From Candidatus Dormibacteria bacterium (GTDB lineage: Bacteria > Chloroflexota > Dormibacteria > Aeolococcales > Aeolococcaceae): DNA of 57,350 nt. Location: positions 1 through 57,350 of the forward strand of contig JBHEMT010000117.1 of NCBI GenBank assembly GCA_046262435.1, written 5' to 3'. Both the position numbers and the translations under genes were made by a program. The notes beneath the pieces were generated by a model. That model searched no databases. It saw only the letters and a list, made by a program, of their open reading frames with translations, and was not told the DNA's origin. Below are positions 1 through 9,235 of this stretch, piece after piece. The first letter of the stretch is position 1, and each line of letters begins with the position of its first letter.

Positions 1-255
<255 letters not shown>

Positions 256-303
256 GCGAGCCGGGGCAGGCGCGCGCGCGGGGGCGAATCGTCGCCGGTC
301 GGC

Positions 304-2181
304 TCAGCCCGCCAGGGCTCCGGCCGCGCGGGGCAGCATGCGGCGCACCGCATCGGCAACCCCCTCAGGGCTGAGACCGAAACCCTCGAGGAGCGCCGAC
401 TGGGCGCCGTGTTCCACGAAGTGGTCGGGCAGGCCGAGCCGGCGGACGGGTACGGCCACCGCCTGCTCGGCGAGGAGCTCGAGCACAGCCGACCCAAAAC
501 CGCCCACGAGGGAGCCGTCCTCCACGGTGACCACCGCCGAATGCCGCGCGGCGAGGGTGGCGATCTCCGGGTCGAGGGGTTTGACGTACCTGGCGTCAAC
601 CACTGTCGCGCTGATCCCGCTCTCGCCGAGCTGGCCCGCCGCCGCCTCGGCGACGCCCACCATCTTGCCGACCGCAACGAGGACAACATCGGAGCCACGC
701 TGGAGCACGCGCATGTGGCCCAACGGCAGGGGCTTGAGCGGGCGCGGGGCACGTGCCGGCGCGCTGCCCCGGGGGAAGCGGATTGAGAAGGGGCCGTTGT
801 GGGCGAGGCCGGTGGCGAGCAGCCCGCGCATCTCGTCGACGTTGCTCGGCGCTGACACAGTCATGCCCGGCACGCAGCGCAGATAGGCCATGTCCAGGGT
901 GCCGTGATGCGAGGCGCCGTCATCGCCGGTGACTCCCGCACGGTCGATCACGAAAAGCACCGGGGCGCGGTGCAGTGCGGCGTCGCAGGTCACCTGGTCA
1001 AAGGCGCGCTGCAGGAAGGACGAGTAGATGCACACCACCGGACGCAGCCCGCGCATCGCCAACCCGGTGGCGAAGGTGACCGCGTGCTGCTCGGCGATGC
1101 CCACGTCGAAGAAGCGCTCTGGGAAGCGGTGGGCGAAGGGCAGCAGCCCGGTGGACGAGGCCATCGCCGCGGTGATCGCCACAATGCGGTCATCCGCCTC
1201 GGCCGCCTCCAGCAGCGCCTCACCGAAATGGTCGGTCCACGATGCGCTCTTCTTGACCAGGGCGCCGGTGTCGGGGTCGAAGGCGGAGACGCCGTGGAAC
1301 TTGTCGATCTCGTCGCCCACCGCGGGTCCGTAGCCGTGACCCTTGTCAGTGACCACGTGGATCACCACCGGGCCCTTGATCCGCGCGGCGTCACGCATCG
1401 CGCTCTCCAGGGCGCGAATGTCGTGGCCGTCGATCGGGCCCCCGTACTTGAGGCCCAGGGTCTCAAAGAGTGAGGGCGGTGAGACCAGCGTCTTCAACGA
1501 GTTCTTGACCCGCTTGGCCGTGGCATGCGCGCTCTCGCCGAACACCGGCATGCGCCGGATCGCCTTACCGGCCACGTCCTTGGCGGTCTCATAGTGGGGG
1601 CTGAGCCGGAGCTGGCCGAGGTTGTCGGCGATGCCGCCGATGGTGGGGGCATACGACCTGCCATTGTCGTTGAGGATGACGACCAGCTCAGGCTTGAGGG
1701 CACCAATGTTGTTGAGCGCCTCGTAGGCCATCCCCCCGGTGAGCGACCCGTCGCCGACCACGCACACCGTCTTGCCCGGCGCGCCGGCCAGGGCGCGGGC
1801 GGTGGCCACCGCCAGCGCATAGGAGAGCCCGGTCGACGCATGTGAGTTCTCCACCAGGTCGTGCTCCGACTCGGCGCGCGACGGGTAGCCGCTGAGGCCG
1901 CCCTGCTGCCGGAGCGTCTCGAAACTGTCGAGCCGTCCGGTGAGCATCTTGTGGACGTACGCCTGATGCCCGGTGTCGAACACGAAGGTATCGGTCGGAC
2001 TGTTGAAAGTGCGGTGCATCGCCACGGTGAGCTCGACCACGCCGAGGTTGGGTCCGAGGTGGCCGCCGGTGCGCGAGACCGCATGGACGAGGAACTCCCG
2101 AATCTCGGCACACAGCCGCTCGAGGTCCGCATCCCCCAGGTCCCGAAGGTCGCGTGGGCTCGCGATTTCTTCGAGGATCAC
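304..2181 (-). CDS. dxs: 1-deoxy-D-xylulose-5-phosphate synthase
   Basis: TPP motif VVGDGSLTGGMAYEALNN, the GHxxY region (FDTGHQAYVHKMLTGR) and transketolase-like C-terminal domains. GTG at 2181 gives the N-terminus (V)ILEEIASPRDLRDL, typical of DXS. The 115 aa further upstream in the tracked ORF are an R/P/S-rich artefact. Confidence 0.9.
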   Translation of the reverse strand: MILEEIASPRDLRDLGDADLERLCAEIREFLVHAVSRTGGHLGPNLGVVELTVAMHRTFNSPTDTFVFDTGHQAYVHKMLTGRLDSFETLRQQGGLSGYPSRAESEHDLVENSHASTGLSYALAVATARALAGAPGKTVCVVGDGSLTGGMAYEALNNIGALKPELVVILNDNGRSYAPTIGGIADNLGQLRLSPHYETAKDVAGKAIRRMPVFGESAHATAKRVKNSLKTLVSPPSLFETLGLKYGGPIDGHDIRALESAMRDAARIKGPVVIHVVTDKGHGYGPAVGDEIDKFHGVSAFDPDTGALVKKSASWTDHFGEALLEAAEADDRIVAITAAMASSTGLLPFAHRFPERFFDVGIAEQHAVTFATGLAMRGLRPVVCIYSSFLQRAFDQVTCDAALHRAPVLFVIDRAGVTGDDGASHHGTLDMAYLRCVPGMTVSAPSNVDEMRGLLATGLAHNGPFSIRFPRGSAPARAPRPLKPLPLGHMRVLQRGSDVVLVAVGKMVGVAEAAAGQLGESGISATVVDARYVKPLDPEIATLAARHSAVVTVEDGSLVGGFGSAVLELLAEQAVAVPVRRLGLPDHFVEHGAQSALLEGFGLSPEGVADAVRRMLPRAAGALAG

Positions 2182-2353
2182 AGAATTCAGTCTAACCAGG
2201 GCCACCGGGCGCCACTGCCGGCCATCGCGGCAGCGGTCCGCGAGGGTGGCGTCCGCGTCCGGCGGCGCCTGCGGCGTCACGCGCGTAGCTCCGCTCGCGC
2301 GGCGCCGTGGGCGCGGCATCATACGGCGGGTGAGCGCAGATCCCCGGGGCCGG

Positions 2354-3127
2354 ATGCTGGCCTGCGCCACGCCCGATGGCGATATCGCCGAGGGTGCGCT
2401 CTGGCTCGCCGCCGACGACGGACTGGACTGTGAGCCGCGGCGCTGGCTGTCCCTGCTCGACGAGGTGGGCACCGAGCTGCGCGGCCGCTGCCACCACCGC
2501 CATCCGCTGGAGGCCGTGCCGGTCATCGCCCAGCTCCTCCGCGAGCGTCTCCACCTGCGGGGCGCCGGCGGCGGTGACCCCCGTACCCACTACCTCCACA
2601 CGGTCATGGAGCGGGGCTGCGGGGTGCCGATCGCCTGCAGTGCGATATGGATCGCGGTAGGGCGCCGTGCCGGTCTCCAGGTGGAGGGCGTCGGCCTGCC
2701 CGGGCGTTTCGTGGTGCGGGTCGGGGGCGCTCTGGTCGACCCGTTCGCCGGCGGGGAAGTGCTCGACGAGGCGGCGGCTCGACTGCTGGTCGCCGGGGTG
2801 CTCGGCGCCCCGCCCAACGCGCTCGACCCCGCATGGCTGGGAGCCACCTCGCCGCGCACCATGCTCACCCGCATGTCGCGCAACCTGCGCGGCTGCTACG
2901 CCAGCCTGGAGCGCTGGAACGAGGCGCTGCGCGCCGCGGACCGATGCGTCGTGCTGGCTCCGGATGAGCCGATGGACCGGCGCGATCGCGGCCTGCTCCA
3001 CTGGCGGCTCGGCCACCACGGTGAGGCGCTCGAGGATCTCACTGCCTATCTCGCCGCCACACCCGAGGCAGGTGACCGGGCCAGCGTCGGCGGGGTGATC
3101 CAGCGGGTCCGGGCCGCGCTGAACTAG
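2354..3127 (+). CDS. SirB1/YchA-like transglutaminase-like plus TPR protein (UPF0162 type)
   Basis: ATG at 2354. The core RGCGVPIACSAIWIAVGRRAGLQVEGVGLPGRFVVRV...VDPF matches the pattern of the SirB1 family. TPR-like C-terminus. The upstream part of tracked ORF 1973-3127 lies antisense to dxs. Confidence 0.7.
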   Translation: MLACATPDGDIAEGALWLAADDGLDCEPRRWLSLLDEVGTELRGRCHHRHPLEAVPVIAQLLRERLHLRGAGGGDPRTHYLHTVMERGCGVPIACSAIWIAVGRRAGLQVEGVGLPGRFVVRVGGALVDPFAGGEVLDEAAARLLVAGVLGAPPNALDPAWLGATSPRTMLTRMSRNLRGCYASLERWNEALRAADRCVVLAPDEPMDRRDRGLLHWRLGHHGEALEDLTAYLAATPEAGDRASVGGVIQRVRAALN

Positions 3128-3133
3128 GCGCGG

Positions 3134-3484
3134 TCAGCCCCCGGCAACCAGCGACACGGTCCAGACCATGCCGACCAGCAGCAGGACTGCGAAGGGCACC
3201 ACCGCGAAGACCACGAACGAAAACAGCAGGCGCTCGTCGTCGACGGCCTCCGGCCTGCGGTTGCGCAGGCGGAGGTCGTGGAGATACCAGCCGAGGCCCC
3301 CGGCGATGAATCCGACCAGCAGGCAGAGGATGCCGAGCAGAGCGCTCGCCACCCCCACCCGGCGGGGGGCCAGGGTCAGCCGCCAGAGCAGACCGCCGCT
3401 GAGCGAGATCAGCCCGCAGGACACGAACCGAAGCAGGACCCCGGTGACGGTGCCGCGGCGTCGTGGCGGCCTCTGGTAGGACAC
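3134..3484 (-). CDS. small membrane protein, about 3 TM segments, unknown function
   Basis: GTG at 3484. Hydrophobic helices (LLRFVSCGLISLSGGLLW, ALLGILCLLVGFIAGGLGWY, LLFSFVVFAVVPFAVLLLVGMVW). No recognisable family. Confidence 0.4.
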   Translation of the reverse strand: MSYQRPPRRRGTVTGVLLRFVSCGLISLSGGLLWRLTLAPRRVGVASALLGILCLLVGFIAGGLGWYLHDLRLRNRRPEAVDDERLLFSFVVFAVVPFAVLLLVGMVWTVSLVAGG

Positions 3485-3646
3485 GGGCTCGAGTATAGGA
3501 ACGCTCCGAGCCGGTCCCAGCCCGGTCGCTGGGGGCGGGCGCTTCGGCCAGACTGAGCTCCGTCCTCCGTTGAACCTGGAGCCTGTGACTGTGGAGATGG
3601 CCGGCGTGAGCAGCGTGGCACGGCGACCGATGAGGCAGCGCTGAGC

Positions 3647-4639
3647 ATGGCCCGGGCTGTGACTCCCGGCGGCGACTCCGCCGCCGTACTTGCTCAACTA
3701 CTCAAGCGGCGGCTGGTCTTCGTCGCCGGGAAGGGAGGCACGGGGAAGACCACCCTGACCGCCGCTCTGGCGCTGCTCGCCGCCCGCGCGGGCAAGCGGG
3801 TGCTCTGCATCGAGGTCGACGCCAAGGGTGACCTCCCCCGGGCACTGGGCTCCGACCCAGTCGGCTTTGAGCCACGCAGCGTTCAGCCGGGCATCGCGGT
3901 ACTCGCGCTCCACGCCGAGGAGTCGCTCCAAGAGTACCTGCGGATCTATTTCAAGGTCCCCCGTCTGGCCCGAATGACTCCCCTGTCCCGGGTGTTCGAC
4001 TTCATCGCAACCGGCGTACCCGGAACCAAGGACATGCTGATCGTCGGCAAGGTGGCCTATGAGGAGAAGCGCCGCGAGAAGGACGGGCGGCCGGTCTGGG
4101 ATCTGATCCTGGTCGACAGCGCCGCCAGCGGACACGTGCTACCCCAGCTCGGGGCCGCCCGCTCGATGCTCAGCGTGCTGCGCGGTGGCGGCATCATTCG
4201 CTCCCAGGTGGAGTGGATCGACGCCACCCTTCAGGACCGACGCCGCACCCTGCTGACCATCTGCGCCCTCCCCGAGGAGATGCCCGTCGCCGAGGCGATC
4301 GAGCTGCACGACCGGGCTCAGGCAGACGGTCACATCGGGCTGGGCGCCTGTTTTCTCAATCGCACATTTCCGGTGGCGGTCAGCGGCCGCCAGGAGGCGC
4401 TCGCCGCCGCCCTCGCGGCGCCCGAGGGACCGCTGGCCGCCGAGGGCGTGGAGGGGGGCGCCGCCCTGGCTGACGGAGTGCACCTGGCGCGGGTGCTCGC
4501 CGACGCCAGCCGGCGGCGGAGCCGGCAGCTGCGCTCCGCGCTCGACATCCCCGTGCTCGAGGTCCCCTACGCCACCGGGGCGCGGCCCGGACTGGCCACC
4601 TCTCGGGCGGTGGCAGTCGCTCTCGAGACCGTGCCGTGA
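3647..4639 (+). CDS. ArsA/Get3-family ATPase, first of a pair
   Basis: Deviant Walker A FVAGKGGTGKTTLTAAL and ArsA-type architecture. Its stop overlaps the GTG start of the next gene (GTGA at 4636-4639). Confidence 0.8.
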   Translation: MARAVTPGGDSAAVLAQLLKRRLVFVAGKGGTGKTTLTAALALLAARAGKRVLCIEVDAKGDLPRALGSDPVGFEPRSVQPGIAVLALHAEESLQEYLRIYFKVPRLARMTPLSRVFDFIATGVPGTKDMLIVGKVAYEEKRREKDGRPVWDLILVDSAASGHVLPQLGAARSMLSVLRGGGIIRSQVEWIDATLQDRRRTLLTICALPEEMPVAEAIELHDRAQADGHIGLGACFLNRTFPVAVSGRQEALAAALAAPEGPLAAEGVEGGAALADGVHLARVLADASRRRSRQLRSALDIPVLEVPYATGARPGLATSRAVAVALETVP

Positions 4640-5805
4640 GCAGCGTGCCGGCGGGGAACGACCTGGTCGCCCGGCTCCGCCGTCAGCGGGTCGTCGTCTG
4701 CTGTGGCAGCGGCGGGGTGGGCAAGACCACGGTCAGCGCCGCCCTGGGGATCGCCCTCGTCGCCGCCCGGCCGCAGCGGGTGATGGTGCTCACCGTCGAC
4801 CCGGCCCGCCGCCTGGCCAGCGCGCTCGGCTTGCGTCAGGTGGGCACCGAGCCGACCGTGGTCGCGCCCGCCCTCCTCCGTCGTGCCGGCGTCGAGCCGC
4901 AGGGCGAGCTGGTCTGCGCCATGCTCGATATGAAGACCACGTGGGACCGGATGATCGAGCGCTATGCGCCAAATCGCGAGGCGCGGCAGCGGATCCTTGC
5001 CAGCCCCTTCTATCGGGGCATCAGCGAGGCGTTCATCGGGTCGCACGACTACATGGCGATGGAGGCGCTGTACGAGCTGCACACCAGTGGCGAGTACGAC
5101 GTTCTGGTGATCGACACCCCGCCCTCGCGCAACGCGCTCGACTTCCTCGAGGCTCCGAACCATCTGGTCGACTTCGTCGGTGGCCGCCTGCTCTCCTGGC
5201 TGGCACGGCCCTCGCGCCTTGGCTGGCGCGCGTTCAACGTCGCGGCATCGCCGTTTCTGCGCATGGCCGACCGCCTGCTCGGAGCCGACATGCTGTCCGA
5301 GCTGGGCACGTTTGTCGCCGACGTGCAGGGGATGTACGCGGGGGTGCAGGCGCGCGCCCAGGCGGTGTACGACCTGCTCCGCTCACCGCAGAGCGGCTTC
5401 GTGGTGGTGACCACGCTGGAGCCTGCAGCCTTTGCCGAGGGCGAGTTCTTCGCCCGCACCCTGCGCGATTACTCGATGCCGCTGCGGGGAGTGGTCGTCA
5501 ACCGCATCCTTCCGGAGTCGCTCCGCGATCCCGCGGCCCGGGCCCTCGCCCACCGTCTGATCGACGACTCGGACTCGGTGCGCCGCTGGAGCGCCAAGCT
5601 CGGCGGCGGGCTGACGTCCGGTGCCGCGCGCCTTGCTGGAGAGGCGCACCTCGCTCTCGAGCAGCGTGCCGAGCGCGATGCCGCCCAGCTGGGACGGCTG
5701 GAGAAGCTCGCCGGGGCGGGGGCGGTGCGGGTGCCGCTGGTCGAGCGGGACGTGGCCGACCTCGCCGGCCTGGCGGCGATCGCTGGGCGTCTGGGAGGCG
5801 GCTAA
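4636..5805 (+). CDS. ArsA/Get3-family ATPase, second of a pair
   Basis: Walker A CCGSGGVGKTTVSAAL and a DTPP Walker B-like segment (VLVIDTPPSRNALDFL). Translationally coupled to the upstream paralogue. Confidence 0.8.
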   Translation: MSSVPAGNDLVARLRRQRVVVCCGSGGVGKTTVSAALGIALVAARPQRVMVLTVDPARRLASALGLRQVGTEPTVVAPALLRRAGVEPQGELVCAMLDMKTTWDRMIERYAPNREARQRILASPFYRGISEAFIGSHDYMAMEALYELHTSGEYDVLVIDTPPSRNALDFLEAPNHLVDFVGGRLLSWLARPSRLGWRAFNVAASPFLRMADRLLGADMLSELGTFVADVQGMYAGVQARAQAVYDLLRSPQSGFVVVTTLEPAAFAEGEFFARTLRDYSMPLRGVVVNRILPESLRDPAARALAHRLIDDSDSVRRWSAKLGGGLTSGAARLAGEAHLALEQRAERDAAQLGRLEKLAGAGAVRVPLVERDVADLAGLAAIAGRLGGG

Positions 5806-5828
5806 TTCGCCGCCGGGGCGGGCATTCC

Positions 5829-6278
5829 TCAGCCGGCGGGGACGGTCCGCAGCCGGGGAGGGACGAGGCCACCCCGGGCCGGCCCGGTGAGCGACTCCAC
5901 GATGCTGCCGAGGCCGGACAGGCCGAAGGGCTTGGTGATCAGGTGACTGGCGCCGGCGAGGCGCGCGCGTTCGCACTCGCGGTCGCTGGACAAGGCGGTG
6001 AAGATGACCACGGGAACCGCGGCCGTTGCCGGGTCGGACCGCAGCCGCCGGCACGCTTCGATGCCATCCATCCCCGGCATCATCACGTCGAAGAACGCGA
6101 TGTCGAATGGGTCAGAGGACAGCAGCTGCAGTCCCTCGAAGGCATCCGCGGCCGTCTCCACCTGGTACCCCTCGAGCTGGAGGTAGGTCGACACCACCCG
6201 CGCAAGGCGCGGGTCGTCGTCGACGAGGAGCACCCGGACGGGCGCGAGGATCTCCGGCGCTGCCTGCATGTCGACCAC
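5829..6278 (-). CDS. stand-alone response-regulator receiver (CheY-like)
   Basis: VRVLLVDDD..., phospho-acceptor context FDVMMPGMDG, and conserved T (FTALS) and K (ITKPF). No output domain. Confidence 0.85.
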   Translation of the reverse strand: MVDMQAAPEILAPVRVLLVDDDPRLARVVSTYLQLEGYQVETAADAFEGLQLLSSDPFDIAFFDVMMPGMDGIEACRRLRSDPATAAVPVVIFTALSSDRECERARLAGASHLITKPFGLSGLGSIVESLTGPARGGLVPPRLRTVPAG

Positions 6279-6394
6279 TGTGGCGGTGGCCCGGCTCCGA
6301 CCGGTGACTGAGGTGCAACGCTCCGGCCACGATGCGGCTGTCAGCGGCAGGGGAGCGTAGCCGGCCGACGGGTCACGCCGACCCGCAGCGTCAT

Positions 6395-9235
6395 TCAGCG
6401 GCGCGCGCTGAGCCGTTCGCGCCGGCGCGCCGCGGCACCTCGCGTTGCCGCCGGCGCCAGGCGGAGCACGACGGTCGCGGGGTCCCGCCGGCTCATTGAG
6501 GCGGCCAGCGCGGGGTCACTGGTGGTCAGCACCAGCTGGCTTGACTCCGCCAGCGCTGCGAGAAAGTCGAGGGTCCGCTCTCGGCGGCCCGGGTCGGAGG
6601 TGAGCAGGGGCTCATCGAGGAGGAGCGGAGCAGCCTCACCGGTTTCACCGAAGACCTCGGTGAGGGCCAGGCGGAGGAGGAGGGCGACCTGGTCGCGGGT
6701 GCCGTGCGAGAGCAGCTCGAGGGGTACAAGCTCGAGGCGCTCGTGGCAGTGCAGCGACACGGCGAAGCGGTCGGTGTCGACGTTGACCCCGTCATAGCGA
6801 CCCTCACTGAGCAGCTGCAGCCGCGCCGACATGGAGGCGGCGAGACGGGGAGCCACGTCGCGGTGCACGGTGCGGGTCACGGCGTTCAACAGCTCTTCCG
6901 CCTTTGCGATCGCCGCCAGCTGACGCATCCCGCGCTCGCGGGCTGCGGCGCAGCCGGCCCGCTCCTCCTCGAGTGCTGCCAGGGAGGGGAGGCCGTCGAG
7001 CTGGCCTTCCAGGTGCGCCCGAACCGCGATGGCCTCACGGCCGGCGGCCAGGGCGCTGCGCCGTGCCTCCTCGGCCCGGCCCTCCAGCTCCTCGAGCCGC
7101 CCCGGCTCGGGCGGCGGTTGCTCGGCCGCGGCATCGGGCTCGCCACCGCGGGCGCGTAGCTCTGCGGCCAGCTTGGCGCCGAGCCGCTGCAGGGTTGTCA
7201 GGTCCGTCTTCCCCGCCGCCGCCCGGCGCTCAAGTTCGGCGAGGTCGTGCCGTGCGGAGTCCAGCCGTCGCCTCCCCGCGCAGCGCAGCCGGTAGGCGGC
7301 GAGGACGGTGAGCACGTCGTCATCGAGAGCGCAGCCGGCGCTGACCAGGTCGACGCCGATGGCATCCTCGAGCACGCCGCAGCGGCGCTGCCGTTCCACG
7401 GCTTCCTCGACGACCGAGCGGAGCAGCGGCTCCTCGCCGGCCAGTCGCCGATCCTCCTCGTCCAGCTCTCCTGCCCGCTGCACGCAGCGCTCCGCTCCGG
7501 CGATGGCTTCGAGATGGTGGCGCCCCAGACGGAGCAGCGCCTGGTGGGACTCGAGGCCGGCGCCCGGCAGTGAGCTCAGCGGCAGCCCGGCCTCGGCACA
7601 CAGGCTGCGGCATTCGGCCACCGTGCCCGCGAGGCGCAGCCGGGACTCCTCGAGCTCCGCTCCGAGCGCCTCCTCGAGCACCTGCTCGCGCGCCAGCTGG
7701 GCATGGAGGGCGGCGACCACGGGCAGGGCGGCGGCGGCCCGGTCGAGACCGGCGACTGACCGGTCGAGGGCCGGGCATCGCCGGGCGAGCTCGCGACGGG
7801 CCGCCGCTGGGGCTCCGCCGCCGAGGCGGCCGGCGAGCCAGAGCAGGCCGGCGGCTCCGAGGACGCCGCCACCCACCGCGAACGCCAGGCCGCGCAACCC
7901 GGCGGCAAGGCATGCCGAGGTCAGCACCCCGGCAACCAGGAGAAGCGTCGTTGCGGCGGCGTTGCGGCCGCGCCGGTCGCCCTGCCGGGCATCGGCGACC
8001 AGGGCGGCGACGCTCTCCACGGACCCCAGCGGTAGGCCGCCAAGCCCGGTTGCGGCAACCTCCCGGCGGAGCGCGGAGCTCCGCGCCCGGGCCGCCTCGA
8101 GTGCCTGGGCACGGCGCGGCGTTCCCGTCTCCGACTCGAGCCGCTCGGTGAGGGCGCGGCTCCGGGCCAGCAGCTCGCGGGGCAGCATCGGGCGGTCGCC
8201 CAGGGCGCGCAACCCGGCCTGGATCTCAGCGCGGCGGCGAACCACGTCCGCCAGCCTTTCCGAAGCGCGCGCGGCCCGTTCCGCGCCGGCGGCGCGAGCG
8301 CCACGGGCCATGGTCAGCTCGGTGGCCATGGCGCCCAGTCGCTCCTCGGGTTCGAGGGCAACAGCAGCGTCGACGTCGGCGGCGGCGATGGTGGCGCGGA
8401 GCGCGGTTCGCTCCACCTCGAGGGCGTCCATGTCGCGACGGCGCGCCGCCAGGTCGGCCAGACGCCCGAGCAACCAGCTTCGTTCCGCATCGAGGCGGCA
8501 CCGGTCGGCCTCCGCCGCGGTTGCCTCAAGTGAACGGAGCCGCTCGGCCTCGTCGGCCGCCGCATTCACCCGGCTGCGGGCGGCCTCGAGCTCCTGGTCG
8601 AGCTGGCGGATGCGCTGGAGGGCGGCGCCGAGCGGGCTCTGCTGGCGTCGTTCCGACCCAATCCGGCTCCGGGCCGCGGCCAGGCGGCCCAGCGCCTCGG
8701 CGGCGCTGACCCCGCCCCCGGAGTCGGCCAGTCTCTCGATCGCCTCCTGGAGCTCGTTGGCCCGCCGTGCCGCGGCGTCCGGGGCGTCTCCGCGGAGGCT
8801 GTCCTCCACCAGGCATGCGCTGGCACAGAACACCGCCTCGTCGAGACCGAGGTGAACCCTTCCGGGAGCCACCTCGCGTCCCACCCGCAGCGCGGTGGTC
8901 ACGTCGCCTCCGCCGATCTCCTGCACCTGCACCGACCCGGTGCGTTGTCCAAGCGCGCGGGCGACACGGAAGCGCAAACCGCTGGACAGCGCGTAGGTGA
9001 GGCTCACCCCGTAGGGGCCGCCGTCCCAGGGCTGCCAGCGGAACCACTCGCTGCGCTCCACGGGGCGCCCCTGGCCACCCGCATCGAGGCCGTACAGAGC
9101 GGCGCGCACCGCCCGGTGAAGACTCGACTTGCCGGCCTCGTTGTCGCCGAGAACCACGGTGATCCGCGGCCCGAAGTCGACCACCAGGTCGCGGAGCCTC
9201 CCGAACCCGGCCAGCTCGAGCTGTTCGAGCCTCAC
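6395..9235 (-). CDS. SMC/Rad50-like AAA ATPase of the YhaN/SbcE type, with a central hydrophobic hairpin
   Basis: N-terminal Walker A VVLGDNEAGKSS, about 700 aa of A/R/E/L-rich coiled coil, and C-terminal Walker B/D-loop PLLLDEPLLTSD. Two hydrophobic helices at aa 427-470. No CxxC zinc hook. Confidence 0.8.
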   Translation of the reverse strand: MRLEQLELAGFGRLRDLVVDFGPRITVVLGDNEAGKSSLHRAVRAALYGLDAGGQGRPVERSEWFRWQPWDGGPYGVSLTYALSSGLRFRVARALGQRTGSVQVQEIGGGDVTTALRVGREVAPGRVHLGLDEAVFCASACLVEDSLRGDAPDAAARRANELQEAIERLADSGGGVSAAEALGRLAAARSRIGSERRQQSPLGAALQRIRQLDQELEAARSRVNAAADEAERLRSLEATAAEADRCRLDAERSWLLGRLADLAARRRDMDALEVERTALRATIAAADVDAAVALEPEERLGAMATELTMARGARAAGAERAARASERLADVVRRRAEIQAGLRALGDRPMLPRELLARSRALTERLESETGTPRRAQALEAARARSSALRREVAATGLGGLPLGSVESVAALVADARQGDRRGRNAAATTLLLVAGVLTSACLAAGLRGLAFAVGGGVLGAAGLLWLAGRLGGGAPAAARRELARRCPALDRSVAGLDRAAAALPVVAALHAQLAREQVLEEALGAELEESRLRLAGTVAECRSLCAEAGLPLSSLPGAGLESHQALLRLGRHHLEAIAGAERCVQRAGELDEEDRRLAGEEPLLRSVVEEAVERQRRCGVLEDAIGVDLVSAGCALDDDVLTVLAAYRLRCAGRRRLDSARHDLAELERRAAAGKTDLTTLQRLGAKLAAELRARGGEPDAAAEQPPPEPGRLEELEGRAEEARRSALAAGREAIAVRAHLEGQLDGLPSLAALEEERAGCAAARERGMRQLAAIAKAEELLNAVTRTVHRDVAPRLAASMSARLQLLSEGRYDGVNVDTDRFAVSLHCHERLELVPLELLSHGTRDQVALLLRLALTEVFGETGEAAPLLLDEPLLTSDPGRRERTLDFLAALAESSQLVLTTSDPALAASMSRRDPATVVLRLAPAATRGAAARRRERLSARR

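Noticed and set aside
2182-2526. N-terminal 115-aa extension of the dxs ORF as listed in the track.
   Set aside because: The extension is R/S/P-rich and overlaps the divergent SirB1-like gene start region. DXS homology begins at ILEEIASPRDL, right after an in-frame GTG at 2181.
7308-8855. 515-aa plus-strand ORF, along with several 100-200 aa ORFs, inside the SbcE-like gene.
   Set aside because: The translation is S/R/A-rich low complexity. The opposite strand carries Walker A/B motifs at the expected termini with continuous coiled coil.
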